Source: Octopus vulgaris (taxonomy: Eukaryota). From it: DNA of 64,000 bases. Below are positions 37,912 to 50,632 of the stretch, one piece after another (position 1 is the stretch's first letter; each line of letters starts with the position of its first letter). A program made the translations under genes and the position numbers. The notes beneath the pieces were generated by a model. The model made no database searches. It saw only the letters and a list, made by a program, of their open reading frames with translations, and had not been told where the DNA came from. The stretch covers positions 20,646,001 through 20,710,000 of the forward strand of contig OX597828.1 in assembly GCA_951406725.2 (NCBI GenBank), in the 5' to 3' direction.

Positions 37912-40859
37912 ACATCAGAGGACTGCAAACACTCAGTAACAGGACAAAGATCCCGTTCCTGAGAGACTTTGTTGCATGCAATCAAGCCTTATGCATAGCA
38001 CTTACAGAAACGCACCTGAAACCGGACATAGCAGATGCGGAGTTACACATACCACAGTATGCTGTACTACGGACCGACAGGAAAGAAAGGAGTCATGGAG
38101 GTGTTGCTATGTACATCCGTGAGGACCTCACACCCCAGGTCCTCTTGTCATACTCAAACTCGGTGTGTGACACACTAATTGTACATATTAGGCAACTTGA
38201 TGTAGTTGTGTGTGCTACATATCGCCCTCCAGATGCCCCAAGCCATGTGGGCAAGTTTGAAGACTGCCTTATAAAAATAGAAGAAATTCTAACCACATTA
38301 GAACAACACATAGGTGTGCTTCTTATGGGAGACTTCAATCTGCCCAATGTCAGATGGCCCGAGGGCCTTTCTCTCCCAGGAATGACAAGATGTGAACGAG
38401 GACAGGCGAGGTCCCTCCTGAACCTCATCAACACCCTGTACATGGAGCAGGTAATACTCCAACCAACCAGGGCAGGTAACACACTGGATCTCTGCTTCAC
38501 AAATGACATGGATCTCATCCATAATGTGAAAGTGACACCGACACTACTCTCGGATCACAACATGATAGAGCTGACCATGTACGGGCCAAAAGAGAGCACG
38601 GACATGCAGCCTACAAGAAACCCTCAAAATCTTTCCAGCTTGAACTACCATAAGGCAAACTGGAAACAAATTGAGAAAGAGATCCTCAAACAAAACTGGC
38701 CTAAATGTCTCTCCTCGCCAGACATCGACGTGAAACTTCAACAATTCATGTCTGTAATGCAAGCCATATGCTACAAATGTGTCCCAGAGAGAAAGGCCAC
38801 TGTACACAAGAACAAAATCCCCAGAGAGAGGAAAATTTTAATGAGACGGCGTACGAAATTTTCAAATCGCCTAAACAAACAGATTGAAAGCAGTGAAAAG
38901 TCCCGCCTAAAAATAAAACTGTTGGAAATCGAAAAATGTCTGCAACTCTCCCATGAAAAAGAAAGAGCAGACAAAGAAGCCTGGGCTATAGAAAACATAA
39001 AATCTAACCCCAGAGCTTTCTACAGGTATGCCAAAGAAACAGCTACAGTGCACTGTAGAATAGGGCCACTCCTCGAAAAGGATGGCACACTTACAGGAAA
39101 ACCAATGAGGGTAAGTGAAATACTGAATGAGCAATTCAAGAGTGTTTTCACTCCACCCCTTGGGCATCTCCAAATCACCAATCCAACTGACTTTTTTACC
39201 ACTGCAGATATAAAATCAGAGGCGGCGACGATAGATTACATCGATATAAAGGAAGACGATGTAACCAAGGCTATAGATGAAATGAAAACAGACTCAGCTA
39301 CTGGCCCCGATGGATTCCCGGCAATCCTCCTAAAAGCATGTAAGAGAGTCCTAGCAAGACCACTGCAGTTCCTCTTTCAGAGCTTCCTTGCAGCTGGCAA
39401 ACTTCCAGGAAAACTGAAGGAAGGTAAAATATGCCCCATTCATAAAGGAGGTAGCAGAGCGGAAGCCAAGAACTATAGACCTATCTCTCTGACCTCACAC
39501 ATCAGCAAGGTCATGGAACGAATAGTCAGAAGGAAGCTGATCACCTTCCTTGAAGAGAATGACTTGCTGCCCGACACCCAACATGGTTTCCGACCAGGGA
39601 GAAGCTGTTTAACTCAGCTCCTACAACACTATGACTGGGTGCTGAAACGGGTGCTCAACCACTCAAATGTGGAAGTCATATATCTCGACTTTGCAAAGGC
39701 CTTTGATAAAGTCGATCATGGAATGATATGTCACAAACTGCGTGATCTCAACATAGTTGGAAAACTGGGAGAATGGCTTCATGACTTTCTGAAGGATAGA
39801 AGTCAGGTGGTAGTAGCCAATGGGGCCACCTCCATTAACACACAAATAGTGAGCGGTGTTCCGCAGGGCACTGTTCTGGGACCACTACTGTTCATAATGG
39901 CCCTCTCAGACATGCCCTCAGCCACGCAGAGAGCCACGATCACAAGTTATGCAGATGATACAAAAGTTTCACAGGCAATACAGAACCCTGAGGACACTAA
40001 ACACCTGCAATGTGAGCTGGACGAAATATACAAGTGGGCTGAAAAGAATAGCATGCAGTTCAATGCTGGAAAGTTTCAAGCTTTATACTATCAGCATGCA
40101 AAACTGAATGCAATACCCAATGAATACACTGGACCCGGAGGGATTGCAATCCCAGAGGCACAATCAGTGCGTGACCTGGGTATTCACATGAGTGATGACG
40201 CGACCTTTCATGTACATGTTGCTAAACTGACAATGAAATGTAGACGGCTGGCTGGCTGGATTCTTAGAACCTTTAGAACAAGAGAACAAGAAACCATGAT
40301 GGTCCTCTGGAAGACACTTGTCCTAAGCCACTTTGACTATTGCTCTCAGCTATGGTCACCATCCAGTGTCAAGTTGATCACAGAACTTGAGGCGATCCAA
40401 CGAAGCTACACAAAGAAGATAGCCTCTATGCAGAATGTAAGCTACTGGGAAAGACTCAAGAGATTAAAATTATATTCCCTGGAGCGTAGGCGGGAAAGAT
40501 ATGCCATAATATACATCTGGAAGATCCTGGAGGGAAGTGCCCTGAACTTTGGCATCGAGAGTTACGCAAATGCCAGAACTGGGCGCCACTGCGTGGTGCC
40601 TAGGACTCCAAACCTGCCATCAAGATGTAGGACAAGATTCTGTGATAGCCTGGGCTTCCGAGGCCCACAGCTCTTCAATATCCTCCCGAAGAACCTGAGA
40701 GACCTGCATGGGGTGGATACAGATGTCTTTAAAATGAAGCTGGATCTCTTCCTGTCAGGTGTCCCAGATGAACCAACTTCACGGCAGGAGGGGCAGATGA
40801 GGGCAGCTGCATCGAACTCTCTCATGCACCAAATAGCAGTTGCTAGAAAGCCTCCATGA
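37863..40859 (+). CDS. LINE ORF2: apurinic-like endonuclease plus reverse transcriptase, 998 aa from the first ATG
   Basis: APE motifs LNIRGL, LTETHL, YRPP, GDFN, TLDL, SDH. RT motifs [43 protein letters not shown]1-type C-terminus [10 protein letters not shown]. Frame is open from 37740; the track start at 37755 is GTG. Confidence 0.97.
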   Translation: MDTAGNNVHLTSILLLNIRGLQTLSNRTKIPFLRDFVACNQALCIALTETHLKPDIADAELHIPQYAVLRTDRKERSHGGVAMYIREDLTPQVLLSYSNSVCDTLIVHIRQLDVVVCATYRPPDAPSHVGKFEDCLIKIEEILTTLEQHIGVLLMGDFNLPNVRWPEGLSLPGMTRCERGQARSLLNLINTLYMEQVILQPTRAGNTLDLCFTNDMDLIHNVKVTPTLLSDHNMIELTMYGPKESTDMQPTRNPQNLSSLNYHKANWKQIEKEILKQNWPKCLSSPDIDVKLQQFMSVMQAICYKCVPERKATVHKNKIPRERKILMRRRTKFSNRLNKQIESSEKSRLKIKLLEIEKCLQLSHEKERADKEAWAIENIKSNPRAFYRYAKETATVHCRIGPLLEKDGTLTGKPMRVSEILNEQFKSVFTPPLGHLQITNPTDFFTTADIKSEAATIDYIDIKEDDVTKAIDEMKTDSATGPDGFPAILLKACKRVLARPLQFLFQSFLAAGKLPGKLKEGKICPIHKGGSRAEAKNYRPISLTSHISKVMERIVRRKLITFLEENDLLPDTQHGFRPGRSCLTQLLQHYDWVLKRVLNHSNVEVIYLDFAKAFDKVDHGMICHKLRDLNIVGKLGEWLHDFLKDRSQVVVANGATSINTQIVSGVPQGTVLGPLLFIMALSDMPSATQRATITSYADDTKVSQAIQNPEDTKHLQCELDEIYKWAEKNSMQFNAGKFQALYYQHAKLNAIPNEYTGPGGIAIPEAQSVRDLGIHMSDDATFHVHVAKLTMKCRRLAGWILRTFRTREQETMMVLWKTLVLSHFDYCSQLWSPSSVKLITELEAIQRSYTKKIASMQNVSYWERLKRLKLYSLERRRERYAIIYIWKILEGSALNFGIESYANARTGRHCVVPRTPNLPSRCRTRFCDSLGFRGPQLFNILPKNLRDLHGVDTDVFKMKLDLFLSGVPDEPTSRQEGQMRAAASNSLMHQIAVARKPP

Positions 40860-41037
40860 AGTGAAACCAAGTAGCAACACCAAATGGCGGTGCCCCAGCA
40901 TGGCCACAGCTCATAAGCTGAAACTAGAATCAATCAATCAATATGCAGACATATATATATATATATATATATATGAATATATATATATATATATGCATGT
41001 ATATATATATATATATATATACATATACATAGGTATG

Positions 41038-41146
<109 letters not shown>

Positions 41147-41421
41147 GAAATACATTTCAGTATGGCGGCTGAATGTCACCGAAGTAAAATGAAAATATGA
41201 AAACTACTCTGCTCTCCTCCTACCCCCTCACCCCAGTCCACCGCCATATTAATCCATGCAGCTTGACCAATGATAATTATGAAGTTTGTTTCGAAAATGG
41301 CGGCGCGTTTGTTTTCAGTTGTATATTTTTGCTCTGCATTTTTTTCCCCTAACATTTATCTCATGCAACCCATATGTCCATTGTGTGTCTATACATATAT
41401 GTGTGTGTACGTATGTATGCA

Positions 41422-41461
<40 letters not shown>

Positions 41462-41633
41462 TATATACATATATATATATACATATACGTATATATATTT
41501 ATATATATATATACATATACGTATATATATATATATATAAATATACATATATATATATACATATACGTATATATATATATATGTACATATACGTATATAT
41601 ATGTACATAGATATGTATATATATACATATACG

Positions 41634-41669
<36 letters not shown>

Positions 41670-41753
41670 CATATATACATATATACATATACGTATATAT
41701 ATATAAATATTTATGCATAAGTAGGTGTATTTATGCGCGTATATACTTGCTTG

Positions 41754-41801
<48 letters not shown>

Positions 41802-41848
41802 TATATATACGTATATATGTGTGTATTTGTGTGTGTGTATGTGTATAA

Positions 41849-41893
<45 letters not shown>

Positions 41894-42594
41894 ATATTTG
41901 GGTGTATGTATGTATTATAGACTCAGTTTAGTTTCTGTAAATTCGTCAGTTTGTTTGTACATGTTGTGTGTATGTGTGGGCATGTTTGTCTGAGCGTGTG
42001 AATGTTTCTCTGTGGGGGGGGCATGCGTGTGTATGTGTTTAACCGTATCTATGTATTCAGCATCTAAGGATGGATTCTGCGTATTTATATTTCTATGTGC
42101 GCGCAATTCATAAATCTAAATGTTAAAGTGTATGTGTTAATAAATATATATGTGTGTGTGTGTATATGTTAATATGCATGCGGTAACATATGTATAATAG
42201 GAAGGTCCTTCTTTATACGTTATTAAGAGGTTATTGTTTGGTCGAGTTCTTCAAAATTTTTTTGCTTAAGCTGACTCCAATATTTGTCAATTTTTCTTAT
42301 TTACCTGACTGACTGATGCAACTTTCTCTCAATGCATTCTGCTTATTTCACTCTAGTCATTGCTTTGCTTCACTGATGAAAGCTTTTCTCAATATACGCT
42401 CATTTGATTGTCGTTCGTTCTTTGCTTAACTAATGTGAACTTCAGTCATGAAAAAGAAAAAGTAAGCGTATTTCCCTGTTGTCTGGACTTCGTAATCTCA
42501 TTTACTGTATTTGTTCCGTCTCCATGTGCTGTTCTTCGTTTTCTTCCTTTCTTTCTTTCCTTCTTACTTTCTTTCTTTTCTATCTTTCATTCTT

Positions 42595-42970
<376 letters not shown>

Positions 42971-43155
42971 GGGCAAAATACTTAGCGGTATTTCGTCTGT
43001 CTTTATGCTTTGAGTTCAAATTCCGCCGAGGTCGACTTTACCTTTCATCCTTTCGGGTGTCGATAAATTAAGTACCAGTAAAACACTGGGGTCGATGTAA
43101 TCGACTAGTCCCTTTCCCTCAAATTTGAGGCCTTGTGCCTCCAGTAGAAAGGATT
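42971..43155 (+). mobile_element. SINE family B, ATT-tail variant, 5'-truncated
   Basis: TTAGCGGTATTTCGTC, B box, central block, tail CCTTGTGCCTCCAGTAGAAAGGATT. Confidence 0.85.
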
Positions 43156-43159
43156 CTTC

Positions 43160-43395
43160 AATTGGCGTATCAAGTTTCGGGCATTTTGATTGGGTTTTGG
43201 ATAGAAAATTCACAAAAAAGTCACTTCTATTGATTTTTTAATGTCTTTGCGGGGTGGCTGGGGAAATGTAAAGATATGCACGACCACCCTTGGACGATTT
43301 TGAATGATCATAGAAAGTGCGAGTCCTCTAACTGAAAAATTGTGGATTTGTATAAAGGACACACAGACAGACATTTTGCCGTTTATATATATAGT
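43160..43395 (-). mobile_element. Probable 5' part of a non-autonomous Helitron
   Basis: Minus strand starts CTATATATATAAACGGCAAAATGTCTGTCTGTGTGTCC, similar in style to the 29971 terminus; no 3' CTAG found. Confidence 0.45.
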
Positions 43396-43396
43396 G

Positions 43397-43468
<72 letters not shown>

Positions 43469-43474
43469 ATTATT

Positions 43475-43515
<41 letters not shown>

Positions 43516-43587
43516 TATTATTATTATTATTAGTAGTAGTAGTAGTAGTAGTAGTAGTAGCAGTAGCAGCAGCAGCAGCAGTAGTAT

Positions 43588-43790
43588 AAGGCTGTGGGCT
43601 GGCACAATCGTTAGCGCGCCTGGCAAAATGTTTAGCGACATTTCGCCTGTCGCTACGTTCTGAGTTCAAATTCCACCCAGGTCGACTTTGCCTTTCATCA
43701 TTTCGTAGTCGATAAATTAAGTACCAGTAAAACACTGGGGTCCATCTAATCGACTCATCCCCGTCCCCAAGCGGCAAAATTTGAAACCAT
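43588..43790 (+). mobile_element. SINE family B
   Basis: AAGGCTGTGGGCTGGCACAATCGTTAG head through AAAATTTGAAACCATTATT. Confidence 0.85.
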
Positions 43791-43914
43791 TATTATTGTT
43801 GTTGTTCTTATCATCATCATCATCATCATCATCATCATTATTATTATTATTACTGTTATTGTTGTTATTTATCGTTGTTATTGTTGTTGTTGCTGCTGTT
43901 GCTGTTTTACTTCT

Positions 43915-44148
43915 TAAAGCGCTCGGTTTTGTTTGCTCTGGTAGATTCTGTGAGAGTGGACAGAGGTCTCACAGGCTCTCTTTCTGAACATTATAAGCTT
44001 TGATACTTGGTTGTTAATTATTGTGAAAGACATTCAACATCCAAGTACCCATCTCAAAGCCCTAGCTGTCCCCAGTAGAGCAGTTTTTAGGGTTTTCCCT
44101 GCTCTCGTGCCAATTCCTATTTCCCTGGCATGTTTCTCAAACTTGGTA
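43915..44148 (-). mobile_element. 3' fragment of another RLE-type (R4-like) family
   Basis: Minus translation KLPSLRNMPGK*ELAREQGKTLKTALLGTARALRWVLG resembles the QKIALLGTAHILR end of R4 ORFs; abuts (TAA)n. Confidence 0.55.
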
Positions 44149-44174
44149 GTTTTATTATTATTATTATAACTTTA

Positions 44175-44347
44175 TTCAGTAGTTTTATTTTTATAGCGTG
44201 TTTTCACTTCACTACCGAGCGCAGCTCTGTGTGCCTTAGGTATGTGCTGTGATTTGTTGTGATGCTCCGATGGTTTCTGTATGGAAAGTGTTCTGCGTAG
44301 GATGTGTGCAGTGCCTAGTAGTGCAATTTTCTGTATGTTATATGTGC
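44175..44347 (-). mobile_element. 3' fragment of R4/Dong element in (TAA)n
   Basis: TYNIQKIALLGTAHILRRTLSI plus a 3' UTR nearly identical to 50628-50800. Confidence 0.92.
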
Positions 44348-44376
44348 TTATTATTATTATTATCATTTTCATTCTG

Positions 44377-44459
44377 AGGCAGCGAGCTGGCAGAATCGTT
44401 AGCACGCCGGGCGAAATGCTTAGCGGCATTTCGTCCGTCTTTACGTTCAGGGTTATTAC

Positions 44460-44546
<87 letters not shown>

Positions 44547-44712
44547 TATTATGCATCCGTCTTTATGTTTTGAGTTCAAATTCCGCCGAGGTTGACTTTG
44601 CCTTTCATCCTTTCGGGGTCGATGAAATAAGTACCAATTACGCACTGGGGCCGATATAATCGACTAGCCCCCTTACCCAAAAATTTTCAAGGACTTGTTC
44701 CTAGAGCAGAAA
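44377..44712 (+). mobile_element. SINE family B pieces separated by a (TTA)n/(TCA)n tract
   Basis: Head 44377-44450; body resumes at ~44555. Confidence 0.8.
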
Positions 44713-44725
44713 TAATAATAATAAT

Positions 44726-44775
<50 letters not shown>

Positions 44776-44783
44776 TACTAATG

Positions 44784-44873
<90 letters not shown>

Positions 44874-45303
44874 GTGGTGATGGTGGTGGTGGTGGTGGTG
44901 GTGGTGGTGGTGGTGGTGGTGGTGATGGTGGTGGTGGTGGTGATGATGATGATGGTGATGATGATGTTGATGATGATAATTATGCGTCCGTCTTTATCTT
45001 CTGAGTTCCATCGAGGTCGACTTTACCTTTTGATCCTTTCGGGGTTGATGTAATCGATTTTTATTTCCTTCCCTGAAATTGTTGGTTTTGTGCCAAAATT
45101 TGAAATTAAAATTACCATTATCATTATTATTGTTATTTTGGTTTGGCTCAGGTACACTCTAATTCCTTGTACGAATTATGTGGGTAGCGGGTTTCAACCT
45201 GTAACCTTAGGTATCCACAAATTGTCCGCAGTCTTAGAACCTTCCTAATAGTCCTTGCTGTCTCTAAGAGATAAATTTTCTGCAGGAGCTCTACCGGGCA
45301 TCA

Positions 45304-45374
<71 letters not shown>

Positions 45375-45378
45375 CATA

Positions 45379-45740
45379 GGCGCTGGAGTGGCTGTGTGAT
45401 AAGTAGCTTGCTTACCAACTACATGGTTCCGGGTTCAAATCCACTGCGTGGCACCTTGGGCAAGTGTCTTCTACTATAGCCTCGGGCTTACCAAAGCCTT
45501 GTGAGTGGATTTGGTCGACGGAAACTGAGAGAAACCCGTCGTATATATGTATATCTATATACATATATACCGATGCTGGTATGTTTACGTCCCCGTAACT
45601 TAGCGGTTCGGAAAAAGAGACCGATAGAATAGGTACTAGGCTTACAAAGAATAAGTCCGGGGTCGATTTGCTCGACTAAAGGCGGTGCTCCAGTATGGCC
45701 GCAGTCAAATGACTGAAACAATTAAAAAAGTAAAAGAGTA
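45379..45740 (+). mobile_element. SINE family A, full length reference copy
   Basis: GGCGCTGGAGTGGCTGTGTGATAAG (A box), GGTTCAAATCC (B box), GGCACCTTGGGCAAGTG (CORE-SINE-like), 3' stem-loop tail. Confidence 0.9.
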
Positions 45741-45764
45741 TTATTAATTATGGTTTCTTTTCGT

Positions 45765-46072
45765 TATAACTTTATTTCAGCTGCCTTAGTACCGGGCATC
45801 CTCCGGAGGCCAAGAGTAGCAAGGGCACTTTTGTTTTGCTATGCATACTAAGGTTATCACCACATTTATTCTCTTTTAAATGGAGAAAGCTTTCCGTAGT
45901 ATATGGGCTGTATCCATTAAGGTTATCTTTTGTAGTTCACGGAGATTGGAATTACCAGGGAGTTGCTTAATATTCTTCTCAGCTCCCTTTTTAATCATTC
46001 CCAACGCACCAATTACTACTGGTATTATTGTAGTATTAAGCTTCCATATTTTTATGATTTTAATTTGCAGAT
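45765..46072 (-). mobile_element. 3' fragment of a further R4-like RLE family
   Basis: Minus translation KIWKLNTTIIPVVIGALGMIKK...ELQKITLMDTAHILRKAFSI with its own 3' UTR. Confidence 0.8.
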
Positions 46073-46074
46073 CA

Positions 46075-47937
46075 TTATGGTGAGAACACTATTCGTATTC
46101 CTTTCTTGGGAGAATTGTTCAACATTTGATAGCTTGAGGCTTATTTCTACTACATCACCTGCTACACCTCTGTATTGTTGGTGTGTGTGCAGCATTAGGC
46201 TTTCTTTTCTGCTATTGGGAGTGTGCAAATTCTTCCCGGTGTTGCATTGTGTTAGCCTTTTCTCTCTTGAGGTGTGCTGTAGTCTTTTGTTGTGTTGCTG
46301 CTTGAAGTGTGTGCTGAGAATGTAATGCATTGTTTAATTGGCTTGCTGGTGGGAGTTTATTTCACTGGGTAATTGTTGCATAGAGTGTGTTTTGTGTTTG
46401 TGGGTTGTTTTGTCCAAGTTGTATTACTGAATGGATAGTGCCATGCCTAAGATGAGGGCTGTTCCTACTAGGGCTATTTTCGGACAGAGTGTAGTGTTGA
46501 GAATACAGGCATAGCTTCTACGTTTTCGTTCATATGTTTTTATCATACCCAATCCTCCAATTATTACTGGAATTGTTTTTACCTTCATACCCCACTTCTT
46601 GAATACTTCAGCTTCGTGGTCTTTGTACTTTGACAATTTCTCCATTTCTTTTGGACAATATTTTGATCAGAATGGACTGCAATATTTATCAGTAAGCAGA
46701 TGTTTTTTTCCTCAAGCCTTGACTATTATGATTGGACGATTAGCTTTTATTTGTTTGTCGGTTTGAACCGGCATATTCTAGATGATTGTGGCCTGGTCGT
46801 AGTCTTGTACCTTGTTTGGTACTTGCTTATACCACCTATTGTCAGTTTAATGTTGTAATGTTGGCATACTGTCCAGTGGGTATAACTGCTAACTTTTTCG
46901 TGTCTGTATACATATTGGGACTTGGCAAGGACTGGACAGTCCGAGATGATGTGGTCAACCGTTTCATTGTGCTGGTTGCACATTCTGCATTTGCTGTTGG
47001 GGCCTGTTTTCATTATTATGTTTTTATAATTGTTTGTAGCAAGGCATTGGTCTTGTGCATCGAGAATCAGTCCTTCCGTTTCAGCTTTTAGTCCAGAGCG
47101 TTTGAGCTATAGTTAGCTCTTACTTTGACTCACTTCCTTTCTGTCAAGCCTTGCAAGGTATTGGCCATGGAGTGATTTTTCTCTCCATTTTTTTCTTCTG
47201 TATCTCTTACAATTCTGTTTTCATGTTTTTTTGTTTTGTTTTGTTTCTTTGGCCATTTCTGTGATGTTGTCATCTGAGGTCAGTATGTCAGTATAGTTTG
47301 GCTGCTTTATATTTTGTCGCCTTCTTGTGTATAGAGATAAGCATTTTCTTTTTCCTGTGTTGCTTTACTACATGCAGTTGTCTTCCACTATTTGTTTCTA
47401 AGTACTTTCCTAGTCCAACTGTTGGTATTTTATAGTAGTTCTCTATCTGTATCAGACTACAGCCTCCTTCTGAGCGGGGTAGATATATTCTGTCTGCGTC
47501 TGCTCTGGGACGATGACTTCAGTATGCTCTTAGTAATTTTCTGAGGTTTTTCTGTCTAGGCTTCTCAGTTCACTGGCCTTGGTATGGCTAGCATGTTCAT
47601 CACTACTATCTTATTTTTAGCATTAAGTTCAATGTTTAATATTAGTCTTAACTCTTCCGTAATACGCTCTCCTAATTTTCTCTTTCATTTCTGTGTGTTG
47701 TATTTTAGCTGTTTCTTCTATTCCTAGATATTTCTATGGGCGGTTCTAGTTTAATACTCTCATTCCTGTATCTATGTCGAGTGCCGTGTTTTCAGTTCTG
47801 ATTAATTTGCCTCCTCTCAGTGTGACTTCGACACATTTGTCCAGCCCCATGCTGATTCCGATGTCTTTGCTAAGACTCTGGACAATTTTGATAAAATTTC
47901 TCTGTTCCGTGGCGCTTTCAGTGAAAAGTTTTAGATT
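46075..47937 (-). pseudogene. Degenerate R4/Dong-type retrotransposon (RT C-terminal part, RLE, long 3' UTR)
   Basis: CRMCNQHNETVDHIISDCPVLAK, MEKLSKYKD, KTIPVIIGGLG and DIGISMGLDKC; many stops and frameshifts; 5' end abuts (TAA)n. Confidence 0.85.
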
Positions 47938-47944
47938 ATCATTA

Positions 47945-47985
<41 letters not shown>

Positions 47986-48012
47986 ATTATTATTATTATT
48001 ATTATTATTATT

Positions 48013-48098
<86 letters not shown>

Positions 48099-48166
48099 TA
48101 TTATCATTATTATCATTATTATTATTATCATTATTACTATTATTATTATTATTATTATCATCATCA

Positions 48167-48230
<64 letters not shown>

Positions 48231-48231
<1 letters not shown>

Positions 48232-48380
48232 GGCGTTGGAGTGGCTGTGTGGTACGTAGCTTGCTTACCAACCACATGGTTCTGGGTTCAGTCTCACAGC
48301 GTGGCACCTTGGGCAAGTTTCTTCTACTATAGCCTCGGGCCGACCAAAGTCTTGTGAGTGGATTTGGTAGACGGAAACTG
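48231..48380 (+). mobile_element. SINE family A, 5' half
   Basis: Head through GACGGAAACTGA, following a long (TTA)n. Confidence 0.85.
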
Positions 48381-48442
48381 ATCATAGAGTGACTCGCTCC
48401 TAAGCCAAACAATAACAACAACAAAAATAATAATAATGATAA

Positions 48443-48661
48443 TGGTTTCACAATTTGGCACAAGACCAGAAATTTGCGGGCGGGGGGTGCTAGTCGATTA
48501 CATCGAACCCAGTCATCAACTGGTACTCATTTTATCGACCTCGGAAAGAATGAAAAGCAAAAATCGATCTCGGTGGAATTTGAACTCTGAACGTAATGAC
48601 AAACGAAATACTGCTAAGCATTTTGTCTGACGGCTAACGATTCTACCAGCTCGCCGCCTTA
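48443..48661 (-). mobile_element. SINE family B
   Basis: CCAGCTCGCCGCCTT head on the minus strand, with body and TTGTGCCAAATT tail. Confidence 0.82.
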
Positions 48662-48696
48662 ATGACGATAATCACAACAACAACAACAACAACAAC

Positions 48697-48786
<90 letters not shown>

Positions 48787-48847
48787 TAACAAGAAGAAGA
48801 AGAAGAAGAAGAAGAAGAAGAAGAAGAAGAAGAAGAAGAAGAAGAAG

Positions 48848-48901
<54 letters not shown>

Positions 48902-49224
48902 AACAATAACCACAACACGGAGACAAACTTTTAATAGATTGTGGCCTCGCTACCATTCTTTGTTAAATTTTAATTTAATTACCAAATAAAACGTTGAATT
49001 TGTTGATTATAATCTTATCATTTTAATTACCAATTAAATCAAATAACTAATTGATTGTACATCCTATGAACCAGCTTTACAAATGTTTTATAAATTATAT
49101 TTTATATTTTGTTTTTATTGCTGTGCTTCGGGTTTTTTTTTTGTCTGCTTACTCTTTTTTAGCCATGGACCGCTTTTTGCATCTTTATCCGAACTTGTCT
49201 TTCATTATAAATCAAAGATAAAAA

Positions 49225-50530
49225 TGGCGAACGACTAGAATTGTTAGATCGTCGGAAGAAATACCTTGCCGTATTTACGTCTGTCTCTCTAGATTTTTGT
49301 GTTCAAATGCCGCTGAGGTCAACTTGGCCTTTTATGCTTTCAGAGTTCGATACAATAAGTACCAGTTGTGCACTGGTGTCGATGCAGTCGATTAGCAACT
49401 TCCTCGAAAATTTTAGGTCTTGCGCCTACCGCAGAAAGGATTATTATAAGGTGAACTGTCATGAAAAATTATTAACGGCAGTTCCTCAGAGTTCGAGTTC
49501 CACCGAGATCAAGTTTGCCTTTCATCCTTTCGAGGTTGCTAAGTGCCAGTTGAACGCTGGGGATCGATGTAATCTGCTTGTACCACCCCACCCTCACTTC
49601 TCCCAAAATCGCTGACCCTCTACCAATATTTGAAGTTATTATAAAGTGGGTGAGCTATCAGAATCGTTAACACGCCGGGCGAAATGCTTAGCGGTATTAC
49701 ATCTGCCGCTACGTTCCGAGTTCAAATTCCGTCGAGGTCGACTTTGCCTTTCATCCTTTCGGGGTCGATAAATTAAGAACCAGTTACGCACTAGGGTCGA
49801 TATAATCGACTTAATCCATTTGTCTGTCCTTGTTTGTCCCTTCTATGTTTAGCCCTTTGTGGGCAGTAAAGAAATAATAACGAGGGCAAGCTGTAAGAAT
49901 CGTTAGAACGCCGGACGAAATGCTTAGCAGCATTTCTTCAGGCTTAACCTCGGCGGCATTTAGGTTCTAATGCCGCCGAAGTCGTCTTTACTTTTTATTA
50001 TTTCGGGGTCGATGAAATAAAGTATCAGTGGGGTCGATGTAATCGACTACCTCCCATCTCCTCACAAACAAAATTCCAGGCTTTATGCCCATTAGAGAAA
50101 GGACATGAGCAGAAGTGCTTAGCGACATTTCGTCCGTTTTTACGTTCCGAATTCAAATTCCTCCCAGGTCAACTTTTCCTTTCTATCCTTTTGGGGTCAA
50201 TAAAATGAATAGCAGCTGAGCACTGGGGTCGATGTAATCGACTTAACCCCCTTCCTCAAAATATCAGGCCCTGTGCCTATTGTAGAAAAGATTATCATTA
50301 TAATTATTATTATAAGGTGTAGAGCTGGCAGAATCGTTAGCTCGCCGGGCGAAATGCTGAGCGGTATTTCGTCTGCCGTTACGTTCTGAGTTCAAATTCC
50401 CCTGAGGTCAACTTCATATTTCATCCTTTCGGGATCGATTAAACAAGTACCAGTTACTCACTGGGGTCGATGTAATGTACTTAATTCCTTCCCTCAAATT
50501 TGAGGCCTTGTGCTTCCAGCAGAAAGAATT
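49225..50530 (+). mobile_element. Head-to-tail cluster of about six SINE family B copies
   Basis: Copies start near 49225, 49450, 49645, 49880, 50110 and 50315, all on +; several junctions read ATTATTATAA(G)G. Confidence 0.85.
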
Positions 50531-50579
50531 ATTATTAATATTGTTATAATAATAATAATAATAATTATTATTATTATTA

Positions 50580-50627
<48 letters not shown>

Positions 50628-50632
<5 letters not shown>

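Larger units (their letters stand above)
36950..40942 (+). mobile_element. Apparently intact CR1-group non-LTR retrotransposon
   Basis: Two uninterrupted overlapping ORFs, short 3' UTR with a stem-loop and an (AATC)n tail at 40928-40942. The 5' end is uncertain and may include the 35745-36945 array. Confidence 0.92.

Noticed and set aside
37073-40933. Antisense ORFs within the LINE
   Set aside because: Expected shadows of a long GC-richer coding region; no motifs.
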